Positions 8,782 to 17,504 of a stretch of 43,856 nt of DNA are shown in pieces. This stretch comes from Escherichia phage GertrudWoker_Bas73. The notes under the pieces are model-generated. The model was given only the letters and a program-made list of their open reading frames with translations, ran no database searches and was not told the origin of the DNA. Both the position numbers and the translations under genes were made by a program. Numbering within the stretch: position 1 is the first letter of the stretch; each line of letters starts with the position of its first letter. The DNA is taken from sequence record PQ850603.1. One strand, given 5' to 3'.

Positions 8782-9294
8782 ATGCCGCTAATCGTGGAAA
8801 CTGGGGTGATCGTCCCAAATGCCGACAGTTACATTAGTCTGGCTGACGCCCGCGCGTTAGCGGCTAATTATGGCCTTGAGCTGCCGGAAGACGATACCGC
8901 AGCAGAGGTGGCCTTACGCAACGGTGCTACTTATGTAGGGCTTGCAGAACCGCAGATGTGCGGTCGTCGAGTATCCGCCGAACAGTCTCTTGCATACCCC
9001 CGCACCGGCGTTACGTTAAACGGGTTCCCGGTGGTCAACAACGCCATTCCGAAACAGGTGATTCTTGCGCAGGTAATCGCTGCCGCTACATATGGCGAGG
9101 GCACCGAAGTCCGGGCTAACTCAGACGGTCGCGCCGTGCAGACTGAGCGTGTCGAGGGTGCAGTAACAGTGACCTACTTCAACAATGGCAACAGTGGCGC
9201 TACGACCGCGATTACCGCTGCTGACGACGCTTTACGCCCGTTATTGTGTGGCGGTCTTAACAATGGTTTCTCGTTTAACGTGTACCGGGGTTAA
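8782..9294 (+). CDS. putative head-tail connector/adaptor protein
   Basis: 170 aa in the head-to-tail joining region of the operon; tightly packed with neighbours. Confidence 0.35.
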   Translation: MPLIVETGVIVPNADSYISLADARALAANYGLELPEDDTAAEVALRNGATYVGLAEPQMCGRRVSAEQSLAYPRTGVTLNGFPVVNNAIPKQVILAQVIAAATYGEGTEVRANSDGRAVQTERVEGAVTVTYFNNGNSGATTAITAADDALRPLLCGGLNNGFSFNVYRG

Positions 9295-9296
9295 AA

Positions 9297-9911
9297 ATGG
9301 CGAAGACTAAATCAGAGATATTCACGCTAATCGGTTCCGAGCTACCGGACAACACGACCGGACTTATTACGCCTGCGAAGTTGCGCGGGGTATTAACCCA
9401 GATGGCTGACTCACCTATTTACGCCACTCCGGGTGTTAAAGAGGTTGAAGTTCTCCGCGCTGCGTCGACAGTAGCGCAAGCGCCTACCGCAGTAGATACG
9501 GCGTTGCAGGTATCGTTCGGCTCTGCTCAGGGTAGTGCATCCGGCCCGGTAATGATTAATGCCGCTGGCCTGGTTACATTTAACACCGCTGGCAACTACG
9601 CCGTTCGCATCAAGTTACAGGCGGGGCGCACAGGGGTCAGCGGCACGTCCATCCTGTTATCGCGCATTCTTCTTAACGGAGCTCAATACGGCTCACCAGC
9701 TGCCACGAAACTGGTAAGCGCCGATGTAACAATCCCGATTGAATCCCGCGTCGTTATTAACCCGACCGCAGGCCAGACGTTTGCCGTTCAGATTATGCGG
9801 GATAGCGCCGGGAGTAACTTCGGCGGCGTATACCTGCAAGCGGCTACGGTAACTGCATGGGGCACAGCACCATCTGCGCTACTGGTTATTTCGAGACTGG
9901 AGGCTGCGTAA
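9297..9911 (+). CDS. hypothetical structural protein
   Basis: 204 aa; starts 3 nt after upstream stop; Ala/Gly/Thr-rich. Confidence 0.4.
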   Translation: MAKTKSEIFTLIGSELPDNTTGLITPAKLRGVLTQMADSPIYATPGVKEVEVLRAASTVAQAPTAVDTALQVSFGSAQGSASGPVMINAAGLVTFNTAGNYAVRIKLQAGRTGVSGTSILLSRILLNGAQYGSPAATKLVSADVTIPIESRVVINPTAGQTFAVQIMRDSAGSNFGGVYLQAATVTAWGTAPSALLVISRLEAA

Positions 9912-10042
9912 TGCGTAAAATAATTAATATGTGGATTAACTCTGATTTTTTGTGGAAGTACGAATTTTTGGTATCAGTGTTTGCGCTGGTATCAACAACA
10001 GCTCTAATTATATTTTTAGCGGTTTGCGGGGAGTCAACATGA
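9911..10042 (+). CDS. possible small membrane protein (43 aa)
   Basis: ATG overlapping upstream stop (TAATG); hydrophobic segment 'FLVSVFALVSTTALIIFLAV'; lies in an AT-rich gap. Confidence 0.25.
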   Translation: MRKIINMWINSDFLWKYEFLVSVFALVSTTALIIFLAVCGEST

Positions 10043-10398
10043 GCACCGCTTTCAGCAAACGTATGCAGGGCGTGGGTACACGCCTGCTAACCAAATTCGG
10101 TAGCACGGTAGCTCTGGTTCGCGCTGGCTCGAAAGTGTGGGATGAAGTTCTCGGTGAATACGTCTGGTCTGCGGATGAAGCGCTGCCGTTGAAGGCCGTT
10201 CCGGTTCCGGTAAACGCTGGGCTGGTAAACGGTACGACGATTCAGGCTGGCGACATGATTGTTAAAGCGGATTGTAGTGTCGTTCCGAAGATGGAAGACA
10301 AGGTGCAATTCGACGGCGGGCAATGGTCTGTCGTAGCCATCGAGAAGAAGATGGTTAATGGTGATGTCGTGGCATACTTTATTCAGGTGAGAAAATGA
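10039..10398 (+). CDS. putative head closure / tail completion protein
   Basis: track ORF starts 9952; ATG at 10039 with RBS 'gcggggag' preferred. Confidence 0.4.
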   Translation: MSTAFSKRMQGVGTRLLTKFGSTVALVRAGSKVWDEVLGEYVWSADEALPLKAVPVPVNAGLVNGTTIQAGDMIVKADCSVVPKMEDKVQFDGGQWSVVAIEKKMVNGDVVAYFIQVRK

Positions 10399-10895
10399 GT
10401 TTCGCGCTTGATGTCTCTAAGTTCGTGGAAAAGGCGAAGAAGAACCCCGAGAAGGTGATGCGTCAGGTGTCTATCAAGCTGTTTTCCGCTATTATAAAGG
10501 CGAGTCCGGTAGATACAGGCCGGTTCCGAATGAACTGGATGGCCTCTGGCAGTACCCCCGCTTCCGGTACAAGCCGCGGTACTGACCCTAGCGGGGCGAA
10601 CGCAATAAGTGCCATGGTTTCTACCGTGTCTGGTTTACCCGACTGGAGCGAGTTCACCCTGACAAATAATCTGCCGTATGCGGAAGTTATAGAGTTCGGG
10701 GGTTACGCTACCGGCTTCCATGGCCCTAAGCGTCCTTCTAACTTAGGCTCTAAATTTGTTGGCCCATTGAGGCCGAAAGCGCCCAGCAGAACAACCACAG
10801 ACGGATATTCCCTTCAGGCTCCGCAAGGTGTTGTCCGGGTTAACGTTCAGCGATTCAATAAACTGCTCGAAGAAGAAGCGAGGAAGTATAAATAA
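10395..10895 (+). CDS. hypothetical tail-associated protein
   Basis: 166 aa; start overlaps upstream stop (ATGA). Confidence 0.4.
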   Translation: MSFALDVSKFVEKAKKNPEKVMRQVSIKLFSAIIKASPVDTGRFRMNWMASGSTPASGTSRGTDPSGANAISAMVSTVSGLPDWSEFTLTNNLPYAEVIEFGGYATGFHGPKRPSNLGSKFVGPLRPKAPSRTTTDGYSLQAPQGVVRVNVQRFNKLLEEEARKYK

Positions 10896-11308
10896 TGGGC
10901 TACTTTGAGGACTTAACAAAAGCGTTCGATGTTCCGCTGGTAGCCTTCGGAACCGCCAACGGCATCAAGGTTGCGCTTGAAAACATCGACGCGCCGACGT
11001 CAACCGATACGCCGTATCTGGCGAGTTACATGCTACTGGCAGATACCGAGCAGGCGGATTTGTTCTTCACTGAGCAACGCTCTGGTATTTATCAGGTAGA
11101 CATTAACTACGCATCGGTGAAAGGTAGCGCGCCAATCAATAAAATGGCAGACTTACTTAACACGGCGTTTAAAGCAGGTAAGTCATTTTCGCGTAACGAC
11201 ATCTGCGCCGAGGTTCAATCGGTTAGCCTGGGGCCGCTGATTGTAGAAAACGGATGGGCCAAACGGCCATTGTCAATTAACTTTATAGCATTCACCAAGA
11301 GGCTGTGA
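10895..11308 (+). CDS. hypothetical tail-associated protein (possible tail terminator)
   Basis: 137 aa; overlapping start/stop with neighbours. Confidence 0.4.
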   Translation: MGYFEDLTKAFDVPLVAFGTANGIKVALENIDAPTSTDTPYLASYMLLADTEQADLFFTEQRSGIYQVDINYASVKGSAPINKMADLLNTAFKAGKSFSRNDICAEVQSVSLGPLIVENGWAKRPLSINFIAFTKRL

Positions 11309-12477
11309 ATATGGCTACAACTCCTTTTAAGGGCGCGAATACCGCGCAATTCTATGTGGCGGAAGTGACCCCGGGTGTAACACCGACTAACCCGGTCTGG
11401 TCACCATTACGTAACACGGGCGGTGTTCCTGCCATTACCCGTGACACACTGACCTCCAACGAACTCGACGGCAGCCGTGAAACTACATCCATCCGCACCG
11501 GTAACAAACAGGTTAGCGGTGAATACGCAATTGAGCTTAGCTCTAAAAGCCAGGATGACTGGTTGGCAGGTGCTTTAGGCTCTACGTGGCAATCCGGTGT
11601 TTCTCTGCCAGGACTATCGATCACCGTCGCGCCCGCGGGCAAGACGTTCACACGCGCTACCGGCAGTTTTATCACTGACGGAGTTGGGGTAGGCGACCTG
11701 ATTGCGTTTACCGACTTAACAGGCGATAACGCAAAACCATTTATTGTTACCGCAGTAACGGCTACCGTTGTTACTGGTGCAGGCATCCAACACACCCTGA
11801 CCACCGAGACAAAAACTAGTAAGGCTAAAACTGGCGACACGCTGGAAACCGGTAACACATGTAAGACGTTCTCTATTCTCACCTGGTACAAAGGACAGTG
11901 CGGCGGGACTGACGCATACACACTAACCAAAGGTGTGGAAGTTTCCGGTTTCACCGTTGAGCAGGCCGTTAACGCGATGGTTACAGGTAGCTTCCCGTTC
12001 ATCGGGCGCAGCCAGGAGATTCTTACTACGCCGCCGTCTGGTTCCAACTTCTCCTCTGTCACGTTTGGTGATGAGCCATTCTCCTCGGTTGACGTTTCTG
12101 TGTTTGACGGCTATACGCCGTTGCGTTGCGACAGCCTGACCATCACCAACGACAACAGCGCATCCGCGCAGTTCGAACTCGGCAACACTAACGTAGCGTT
12201 TGTAGAACGTAGCCGCGCGGCTAACACCTTCTCCATCTCCGGCAAGCTGTATGACATGGCGATGATTCAGAAGTTTATCAACGAGCAGCAGGTAGAGATT
12301 AACTCTATTCTGGCGGGGGTAAACGGGGCTATGTCTTTCAGTTTGAAACGTGCGGAGCTTACGGCAGTTACCCCAGAGATTGGCGGACCTGAGTCAATCA
12401 CTCAGTCCATTGAAGGCCAGGCTACTGGCAACCAGTACCAGTCGTCTATTGTTATTCAGCGTATCACCTACGCATAA
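11305..12477 (+). CDS. major tail protein (putative)
   Basis: 390 aa Thr/Gly/Ser-rich; last large gene before chaperone/tape measure; followed by strong terminator. Confidence 0.55.
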   Translation: MNMATTPFKGANTAQFYVAEVTPGVTPTNPVWSPLRNTGGVPAITRDTLTSNELDGSRETTSIRTGNKQVSGEYAIELSSKSQDDWLAGALGSTWQSGVSLPGLSITVAPAGKTFTRATGSFITDGVGVGDLIAFTDLTGDNAKPFIVTAVTATVVTGAGIQHTLTTETKTSKAKTGDTLETGNTCKTFSILTWYKGQCGGTDAYTLTKGVEVSGFTVEQAVNAMVTGSFPFIGRSQEILTTPPSGSNFSSVTFGDEPFSSVDVSVFDGYTPLRCDSLTITNDNSASAQFELGNTNVAFVERSRAANTFSISGKLYDMAMIQKFINEQQVEINSILAGVNGAMSFSLKRAELTAVTPEIGGPESITQSIEGQATGNQYQSSIVIQRITYA

Positions 12478-12482
12478 AACTA

Positions 12483-12506
12483 AGGCCCCGAAAGGGGCCT
12501 TTTTTA
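12483..12506. terminator. bidirectional hairpin terminator
   Basis: 'aggcccc gaaa ggggcct' followed by 'tttttt'; between convergent genes. Confidence 0.65.
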
Positions 12507-12737
12507 TTACTCATCAATGTTACTCCTGTACTCCCGTAACTTTTCCAGACTTTCAATTGCTTCCGCTAAGTCGGTTCCGGTGTCCTTGTGTCCACGTAAA
12601 CCCATGCACAATAGCTTCTTCAATGCGTGCTGTAACGCCGGGTCGCGGATGTCGAAAGCGCGGAGCACATCATAAACGTCTACTGTCATAGTGCTGCCGT
12701 GAGTATTTGTCATTGTGCGGTTGTATTTTGAAGTCAT
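12507..12737 (-). CDS. hypothetical protein coupled to the metallophosphoesterase
   Basis: start overlaps stop of 12734..13864 (ATGA on minus strand); no recognisable motif. Confidence 0.5.
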   Translation of the reverse strand: MTSKYNRTMTNTHGSTMTVDVYDVLRAFDIRDPALQHALKKLLCMGLRGHKDTGTDLAEAIESLEKLREYRSNIDE

Positions 12738-13864
12738 CCCAGCATCTCCGGTGAAATAGTTAAACGTGCGACCTCGCCATATTCGGCGCTATAAGTAATT
12801 ACATTTGCACTGCGGCCTGACATCCACCCGCCGCGGGAGGCATAGGCGTCTTTAGCCGCTAAGGTGCGGTGTTGCTCAACAATCATGTTACGGCTTTCTA
12901 CAATCTTCTGGTGGTGCAGGTGGCCTACGTGGGCGTAGCTATAGACACTCTCACCGAACGCTTTGCGGAATTTGGCAATCATAACCGGTTCGATAGCATC
13001 GAATCGCGCCTTATGCCCGTGGTGAAAGAACAACGTCGTTTTTCCGTGTTGCACCATCTTGTAAACATCCGGCGACGTATCGACAATCACTCGGCTGTCG
13101 TTCGAATATAAAACTGTGAACATTTCAGCCAGCCATACAGAGCCTACAGGGTCATGGTTCCCCTGTACGATAAGCAAGCGAACATTTTTATGTTTAACCA
13201 GTGCCATATCTACAACACGGCGTACCATACGAATCATGTAGCGGACGAGTTTCTGGTAGCGAGTGTCTGCGTCCAACACGTGACGCGACTCAGGTGTAAC
13301 GGCATCCAGACTATCGAAGTGCGCGAAATCACCCAGCAGGTTAATAACTCCTGTTCCTGCATCCGGTGCTTTCTGAAACGCCGCGTCGAACCAACGAGAG
13401 AACAGGTCTTCCGCAATCTTTATATCCCAGTCGTCGCCGCTCTCGTCGGCCCAGGCAAGCATACCGAGATGGAAATCAGATACCGTGTAAAGATTGAGTA
13501 GCTTGTCGTCGCGTTTGGCTCGAGTCGCTTTAGCCGGCGCAACTGGCGTAATCTCTGACTTCATGCCTTCAATCACGGCTTTCATCAACTCGACCTGACG
13601 TTCAGCGTCGGTGTCTGTCTTAACCCATTGCAACTTAGTATTGCCGAACTCGTCTACCAGAGACGACGTCCCTTTAATCTTGTAGCCGTCTGGGACAAGG
13701 TGGCTAACGTCACGCCCGTGGCCTACACCTTTCTTAGCCAGCTTCGCTTTACGGATACGAATAACTCGGTCTGAGATGCCGTATTTACGGGCGATGTCTA
13801 CATTCTTCATCCCGGCGTTCAATTCTTCCTGTAACTGTTCGTCGGTTATTTTCTTCTGGGCCAT
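12734..13864 (-). CDS. HTH-fused calcineurin-like metallophosphoesterase (Mre11/SbcD-like)
   Basis: motifs 'SDFHLG', 'GDFAHFD', 'GNHD', 'HHGH', 'GHLHH' in order; N-terminal ~100 aa HTH-like 'VDIARKYGISDRVIRIRKAKL'. Confidence 0.7.
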   Translation of the reverse strand: MAQKKITDEQLQEELNAGMKNVDIARKYGISDRVIRIRKAKLAKKGVGHGRDVSHLVPDGYKIKGTSSLVDEFGNTKLQWVKTDTDAERQVELMKAVIEGMKSEITPVAPAKATRAKRDDKLLNLYTVSDFHLGMLAWADESGDDWDIKIAEDLFSRWFDAAFQKAPDAGTGVINLLGDFAHFDSLDAVTPESRHVLDADTRYQKLVRYMIRMVRRVVDMALVKHKNVRLLIVQGNHDPVGSVWLAEMFTVLYSNDSRVIVDTSPDVYKMVQHGKTTLFFHHGHKARFDAIEPVMIAKFRKAFGESVYSYAHVGHLHHQKIVESRNMIVEQHRTLAAKDAYASRGGWMSGRSANVITYSAEYGEVARLTISPEMLG

Positions 13865-13929
13865 GCTTACTTCCTCGTGTTTAGGATTTGTCCTATTTAA
13901 CCACAGTGGATTCCTTTAAATAAAGGCAA

Positions 13930-14256
13930 CTATTTACTTTCTGCGCCTATCGCCCACCCTGTCATTACCATTTGCAGACGGGTGGCTGTCAGTAGGCTAT
14001 AGAAAGCATCTCCGTTTTTCTCTACCGAACGTATCACTGTGTAGGTTACGGCCTGCGGGGGTAGGCCCGATTTACCAACCTCCACGGCGGCCTCACACTC
14101 GCGAACTGTAGAGTCCTTGAACGCCTTTACAATAGTAGGGTCGGCTTTATCAAGCACACCAGAAGTCATAAGAACAGATTCACTAAATACCTGTTCGCAC
14201 GGGGCCCCAAAAGTAGCAAAAGACATAAACCCCAGAGCTAATACTAATTTACGCAT
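13930..14256 (-). CDS. small secreted/periplasmic protein
   Basis: N-terminal signal peptide 'MRKLVLALGFMSFATFGAP'; two Cys; first gene behind promoter 14285-14313. Confidence 0.5.
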   Translation of the reverse strand: MRKLVLALGFMSFATFGAPCEQVFSESVLMTSGVLDKADPTIVKAFKDSTVRECEAAVEVGKSGLPPQAVTYTVIRSVEKNGDAFYSLLTATRLQMVMTGWAIGAESK

Positions 14257-14284
14257 AATTATACCCTCAGTAAGTTACTGGTGA

Positions 14285-14313
14285 ATAGTACCCTATTATA
14301 TTGGGGCGCGCAA
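14285..14313 (-). promoter_or_regulatory. sigma70-like promoter TTGCGC-N17-TACTAT with AATAGGGTACTATT palindrome
   Basis: near-identical to the promoter at 5161-5189. Confidence 0.5.
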
Positions 14314-14420
14314 GTAGTGTGTTAGAATAAGTTTGCGCCTAGTGTCGCACACGAAAAGCGGGTGGTTCCCGCCTGGCGCATTAACCATAACCAGTAACCT
14401 CTTAACCAAAGGACTAAAGA

Positions 14421-14837
14421 ATGAAACTTTCTGATTTCTATTTTGCCGACCGCCACGCCGCCGGTACTAAAATGCCTATCCTTCTGCCCAGTGGTAAAGA
14501 TTCCGGTGAATGGTTGCAGGTCATCGGCCCCGATTGTGACGCTGGTGTTCGTGCGGGCCGTGCCTACACAACGGCAATTCGACGCCTTACGGAAGAACTT
14601 GCGCCATTAGATAAAGAGTGCGAGGCGCTGAATAACTGGGCGCGCTATAATGATGAGAAGGGCTGGCGGGTGATGGACCTGAACAAGCAGCTTGCCGTGG
14701 AAATCGTCACCGGTTGGTCATTCGACGAACCATTCAGCAAAGAGGCGCTTGCTAACCTGTTCGACCAGTACAGTGGGTTGGCAGAGGCCGTAGTTAAGCA
14801 TCACACCGATAGCCGTGAGAAACTCTCGGAAAAGTAA
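14421..14837 (+). CDS. tail assembly chaperone (gpG-like)
   Basis: 138 aa directly upstream of tape measure gene; downstream -1 frame stays open to 15199. Confidence 0.5.
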   Translation: MKLSDFYFADRHAAGTKMPILLPSGKDSGEWLQVIGPDCDAGVRAGRAYTTAIRRLTEELAPLDKECEALNNWARYNDEKGWRVMDLNKQLAVEIVTGWSFDEPFSKEALANLFDQYSGLAEAVVKHHTDSREKLSEK

Positions 14838-15199
14838 AAGCGCTGTATGAATTTGCGCAATGGTGCTTTGTCGACCGCCACAAACGTAAGCAATTCGACG
14901 ACATCGCGGCGGGCCACCAGGCGGCTTTGATTGCAATGGGCGTGATTAAAGAACCGCAGATGAAAGAAGCGACGGGGCCGGAATGCCCCGTTTCTCTTAT
15001 CGACGTGTTCGAGAAATACCGTGCCATTAAATTCCTACAGCGCGAAACAGATGATACTATCGTTATAATCCCGCGCGATGCGCTCAAATGGCAAGATTTG
15101 GTAGCGTTTCGTGATGTCGCCGGTTACGGCATAAGTTTGTTCGAAGCCGAGGTTATCATGGGCTTAGACGGAATATTTGAGGGCAGAGAAGATGGCTGA
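14828..15199 (+). CDS. putative -1 frameshift extension of tail assembly chaperone (gpGT-like)
   Basis: candidate slippery heptamer 'GGAAAAG' at 14828-14834 just before stop at 14835; -1 frame open from 14822 to 15199. Confidence 0.4.
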   Translation, partial: GKVKALYEFAQWCFVDRHKRKQFDDIAAGHQAALIAMGVIKEPQMKEATGPECPVSLIDVFEKYRAIKFLQRETDDTIVIIPRDALKWQDLVAFRDVAGYGISLFEAEVIMGLDGIFEGREDG

Positions 15200-17504
15200 T
15201 ACGGCTTCCCTAATTGCCAGAGTAAAAACAGAAGGCGCTGATGTAGCCGCTAAACAGCTTGACGCTATGGCGGCATCCGCAGACCGTGCGGACACATCCG
15301 TAAACAAACTAACGCCGGATGTTAATAAAGTAAACTCCGCTACGTCTAAAGCGGCTTCTGACGGTTTCGCTAAATTCCGTAACGCCGCCGGGCAGGTAGG
15401 CTTCCAGGTGCAGGACATGGTCGTCCAGTTGCAGTCCGGCACGTCTGCATTCGTAGCAATCGGGCAACAAGGCTCTCAGCTTGCGGGTGCTTTCGGCCCT
15501 GGTGGCGCGGTGCTTGGGGCCGTAATTGCTCTTGCGTCAGCAATCGGCGGTGTCCTGTATAAATCGTTAACCGAAGCAGAAGGCAGTTCAAAAGACCTCG
15601 AAGCCGCACAGAAACAGCTAAAAGATACTTTCCAGCAAACGGCGTCCGGCTCTCTCGAACTGACAGACGGCCTTATCCAGCTTACCCAAATCAGCAGAGA
15701 AGCGGCGGAGACTCAGCTTGCGCTGGCTAAGGCTAACGCGGACCTTATCGCACAGCAAACAGCTAAAGCTGTTCGTGAGGACGCAGAATCATGGGAGACA
15801 TGGAAGGCATCCACAGCATCAGCTATCAGCCAGTACGATGCACTGACCTCTAAGGGTGCTGATGTAGGTGACACGTTAGAAAAACTCGGTGGTACTTACG
15901 AGGGTAACATCGTAGGCGTCAACATGCTGGCGCAGAATATCGCGGAGCTTAGCAGTAAGTTCGGAGTTAACCGTGACCAGGCGCTGGAGATGATAGCGGC
16001 GCAGAGTGCGTTTAACAAAGAGCCAACCGCCGAGAATGCCCGTCGCATCGCCGATGTGTTTACCGACTGGCTCGGTAACACAAAACAGTTGAACCCGGAA
16101 CTTATCCGCCTGACGGACAACGCCAACAAGAACGCCACGGCACTGGAGAACGCGGAGAAGTCAGCAAACGCGGCGGCAGAGGCCCAAAAGAATCTTGGTC
16201 GCAACGTCAACTCAACCACGCAGAGATTCCAGGAACAGAACGAAGCTATCGTCAAAAACCAGCAAATCGCCATCTTAAGCGACCGTGAGCGTATCCGGGC
16301 GCAAGCTGAACTTGATAAACAGGCGTTCGCTAAACGTGAAGCCGTCACCAAAGAACAGATAGCCGCGTATAATGCGGCCCGCGACGCGGAAGCGCAGCAA
16401 GACATCGCCCGCATTGACAAGACCGAGAAAGAGAAGGCCGACCGCGAGGCTAAATCGAACGAGGAACGTCTGGCGGCACAAGCCAAACGCGAAGAAACAG
16501 CGGCACAACGTCAGAAAAAAGCGGCGGAAGATTTCCTGGCTACTGTCGACCGCACAACCGGAGACGAAATTTCACGTATCACAGCGGCAGAAGAACAGAA
16601 ACTGGCGAAACTTGAAGAGTTCAACCGCGCCGGAACGATAAGCCAGCAGCAGTACGAAAACGCCAAAACTCAAATTATGCTCACCGCCGAGCAGGCCAGA
16701 CAGGAAGAACTGGATAAGAAAAGAAAAGAGCAGCAGGAAAAGCAGCAGAAAGGCGACGACTTCATGGCCCAGATTATGGGTCAGAACGCCGCTGAGCTTG
16801 AGCTTCTCGACATCCAGGAACAGCAGAAACTGTCGGTAGCAGATAAGTACCGCGAGCAGGGTTTGATTAGTGAGAAGCAGTATCAGGCTGCGCTTAATGC
16901 CATCAACGAGCAGTACGCCACGAAGCGTGCCGACGCAACGGCAACGGCCTTCGGTAACATGGCTTCAAACATCGGTTCGGCTTTGGGCGAGGCTTCTGGC
17001 GCGTATAAGGCATTCGCTATCGTACAGGCCACTATCGCCACGTACACCGCGGCTATCGAGGCGTACAAGTCCACAGCGGCTATCCCTGTAGTTGGTCCGT
17101 TCCTGGCTCCTGTAGCTGCCGCCGCTGCCGTTGGGGCGGGTATGGCGCAGATTTCCGCTATCAGGTCCGCACGTGAACAGGGCGGACAGTTATCAGCCGG
17201 GCAGGCTTCCACCATCGCTGAACGTGGTAAACCAGAAGTTATCATGCCCGCTGGTGCGTCACGTGTACGCACCGCACAGCAGATGAAAGAAATTATGGGG
17301 CAAAACGGGTCTTCTTCCGGCCCATCTAATGTTACCATTGTAAATAATACATCGAGTCAGATTGGCAACGTATCCACCGAGCAGGATGATGAAGGCCGTC
17401 TGCGTATCATCATAGAAGAGCAAGTTGCTGCATCTTTGCAGAACAGCAACAGTAAGATTAGCAAGGCCCGCAAGGCCACAAGAAACGCGCCGGGGTTTAA
17501 ATAA
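15177..17504 (+). CDS. tail tape measure protein
   Basis: 775 aa, long Ala/Gln/Glu/Lys-rich coiled-coil regions plus hydrophobic Gly/Ala-rich segment; canonical position. Confidence 0.85.
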   Translation: MRAEKMADTASLIARVKTEGADVAAKQLDAMAASADRADTSVNKLTPDVNKVNSATSKAASDGFAKFRNAAGQVGFQVQDMVVQLQSGTSAFVAIGQQGSQLAGAFGPGGAVLGAVIALASAIGGVLYKSLTEAEGSSKDLEAAQKQLKDTFQQTASGSLELTDGLIQLTQISREAAETQLALAKANADLIAQQTAKAVREDAESWETWKASTASAISQYDALTSKGADVGDTLEKLGGTYEGNIVGVNMLAQNIAELSSKFGVNRDQALEMIAAQSAFNKEPTAENARRIADVFTDWLGNTKQLNPELIRLTDNANKNATALENAEKSANAAAEAQKNLGRNVNSTTQRFQEQNEAIVKNQQIAILSDRERIRAQAELDKQAFAKREAVTKEQIAAYNAARDAEAQQDIARIDKTEKEKADREAKSNEERLAAQAKREETAAQRQKKAAEDFLATVDRTTGDEISRITAAEEQKLAKLEEFNRAGTISQQQYENAKTQIMLTAEQARQEELDKKRKEQQEKQQKGDDFMAQIMGQNAAELELLDIQEQQKLSVADKYREQGLISEKQYQAALNAINEQYATKRADATATAFGNMASNIGSALGEASGAYKAFAIVQATIATYTAAIEAYKSTAAIPVVGPFLAPVAAAAAVGAGMAQISAIRSAREQGGQLSAGQASTIAERGKPEVIMPAGASRVRTAQQMKEIMGQNGSSSGPSNVTIVNNTSSQIGNVSTEQDDEGRLRIIIEEQVAASLQNSNSKISKARKATRNAPGFK

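Noticed and set aside
9857-10042. Track ORF 9857..10042 (61 aa) overlapping the end of the 9297..9911 gene
   Set aside because: The first part overlaps the upstream gene in another frame; only the portion from the ATG at 9911 is plausibly translated.
11352-12062. 236-aa minus-strand ORF inside the major tail gene
   Set aside because: Antisense to the major tail protein gene, no translation signals, low-complexity product.
15896-16486. 196-aa minus-strand ORF (and 16275..16508, 16883..17338) inside the tape measure gene
   Set aside because: Antisense to a long, clearly coding ORF; Ala/Ser/Cys/Arg-rich composition is the mirror image of the GC-rich coiled-coil codons; no RBS or promoter.
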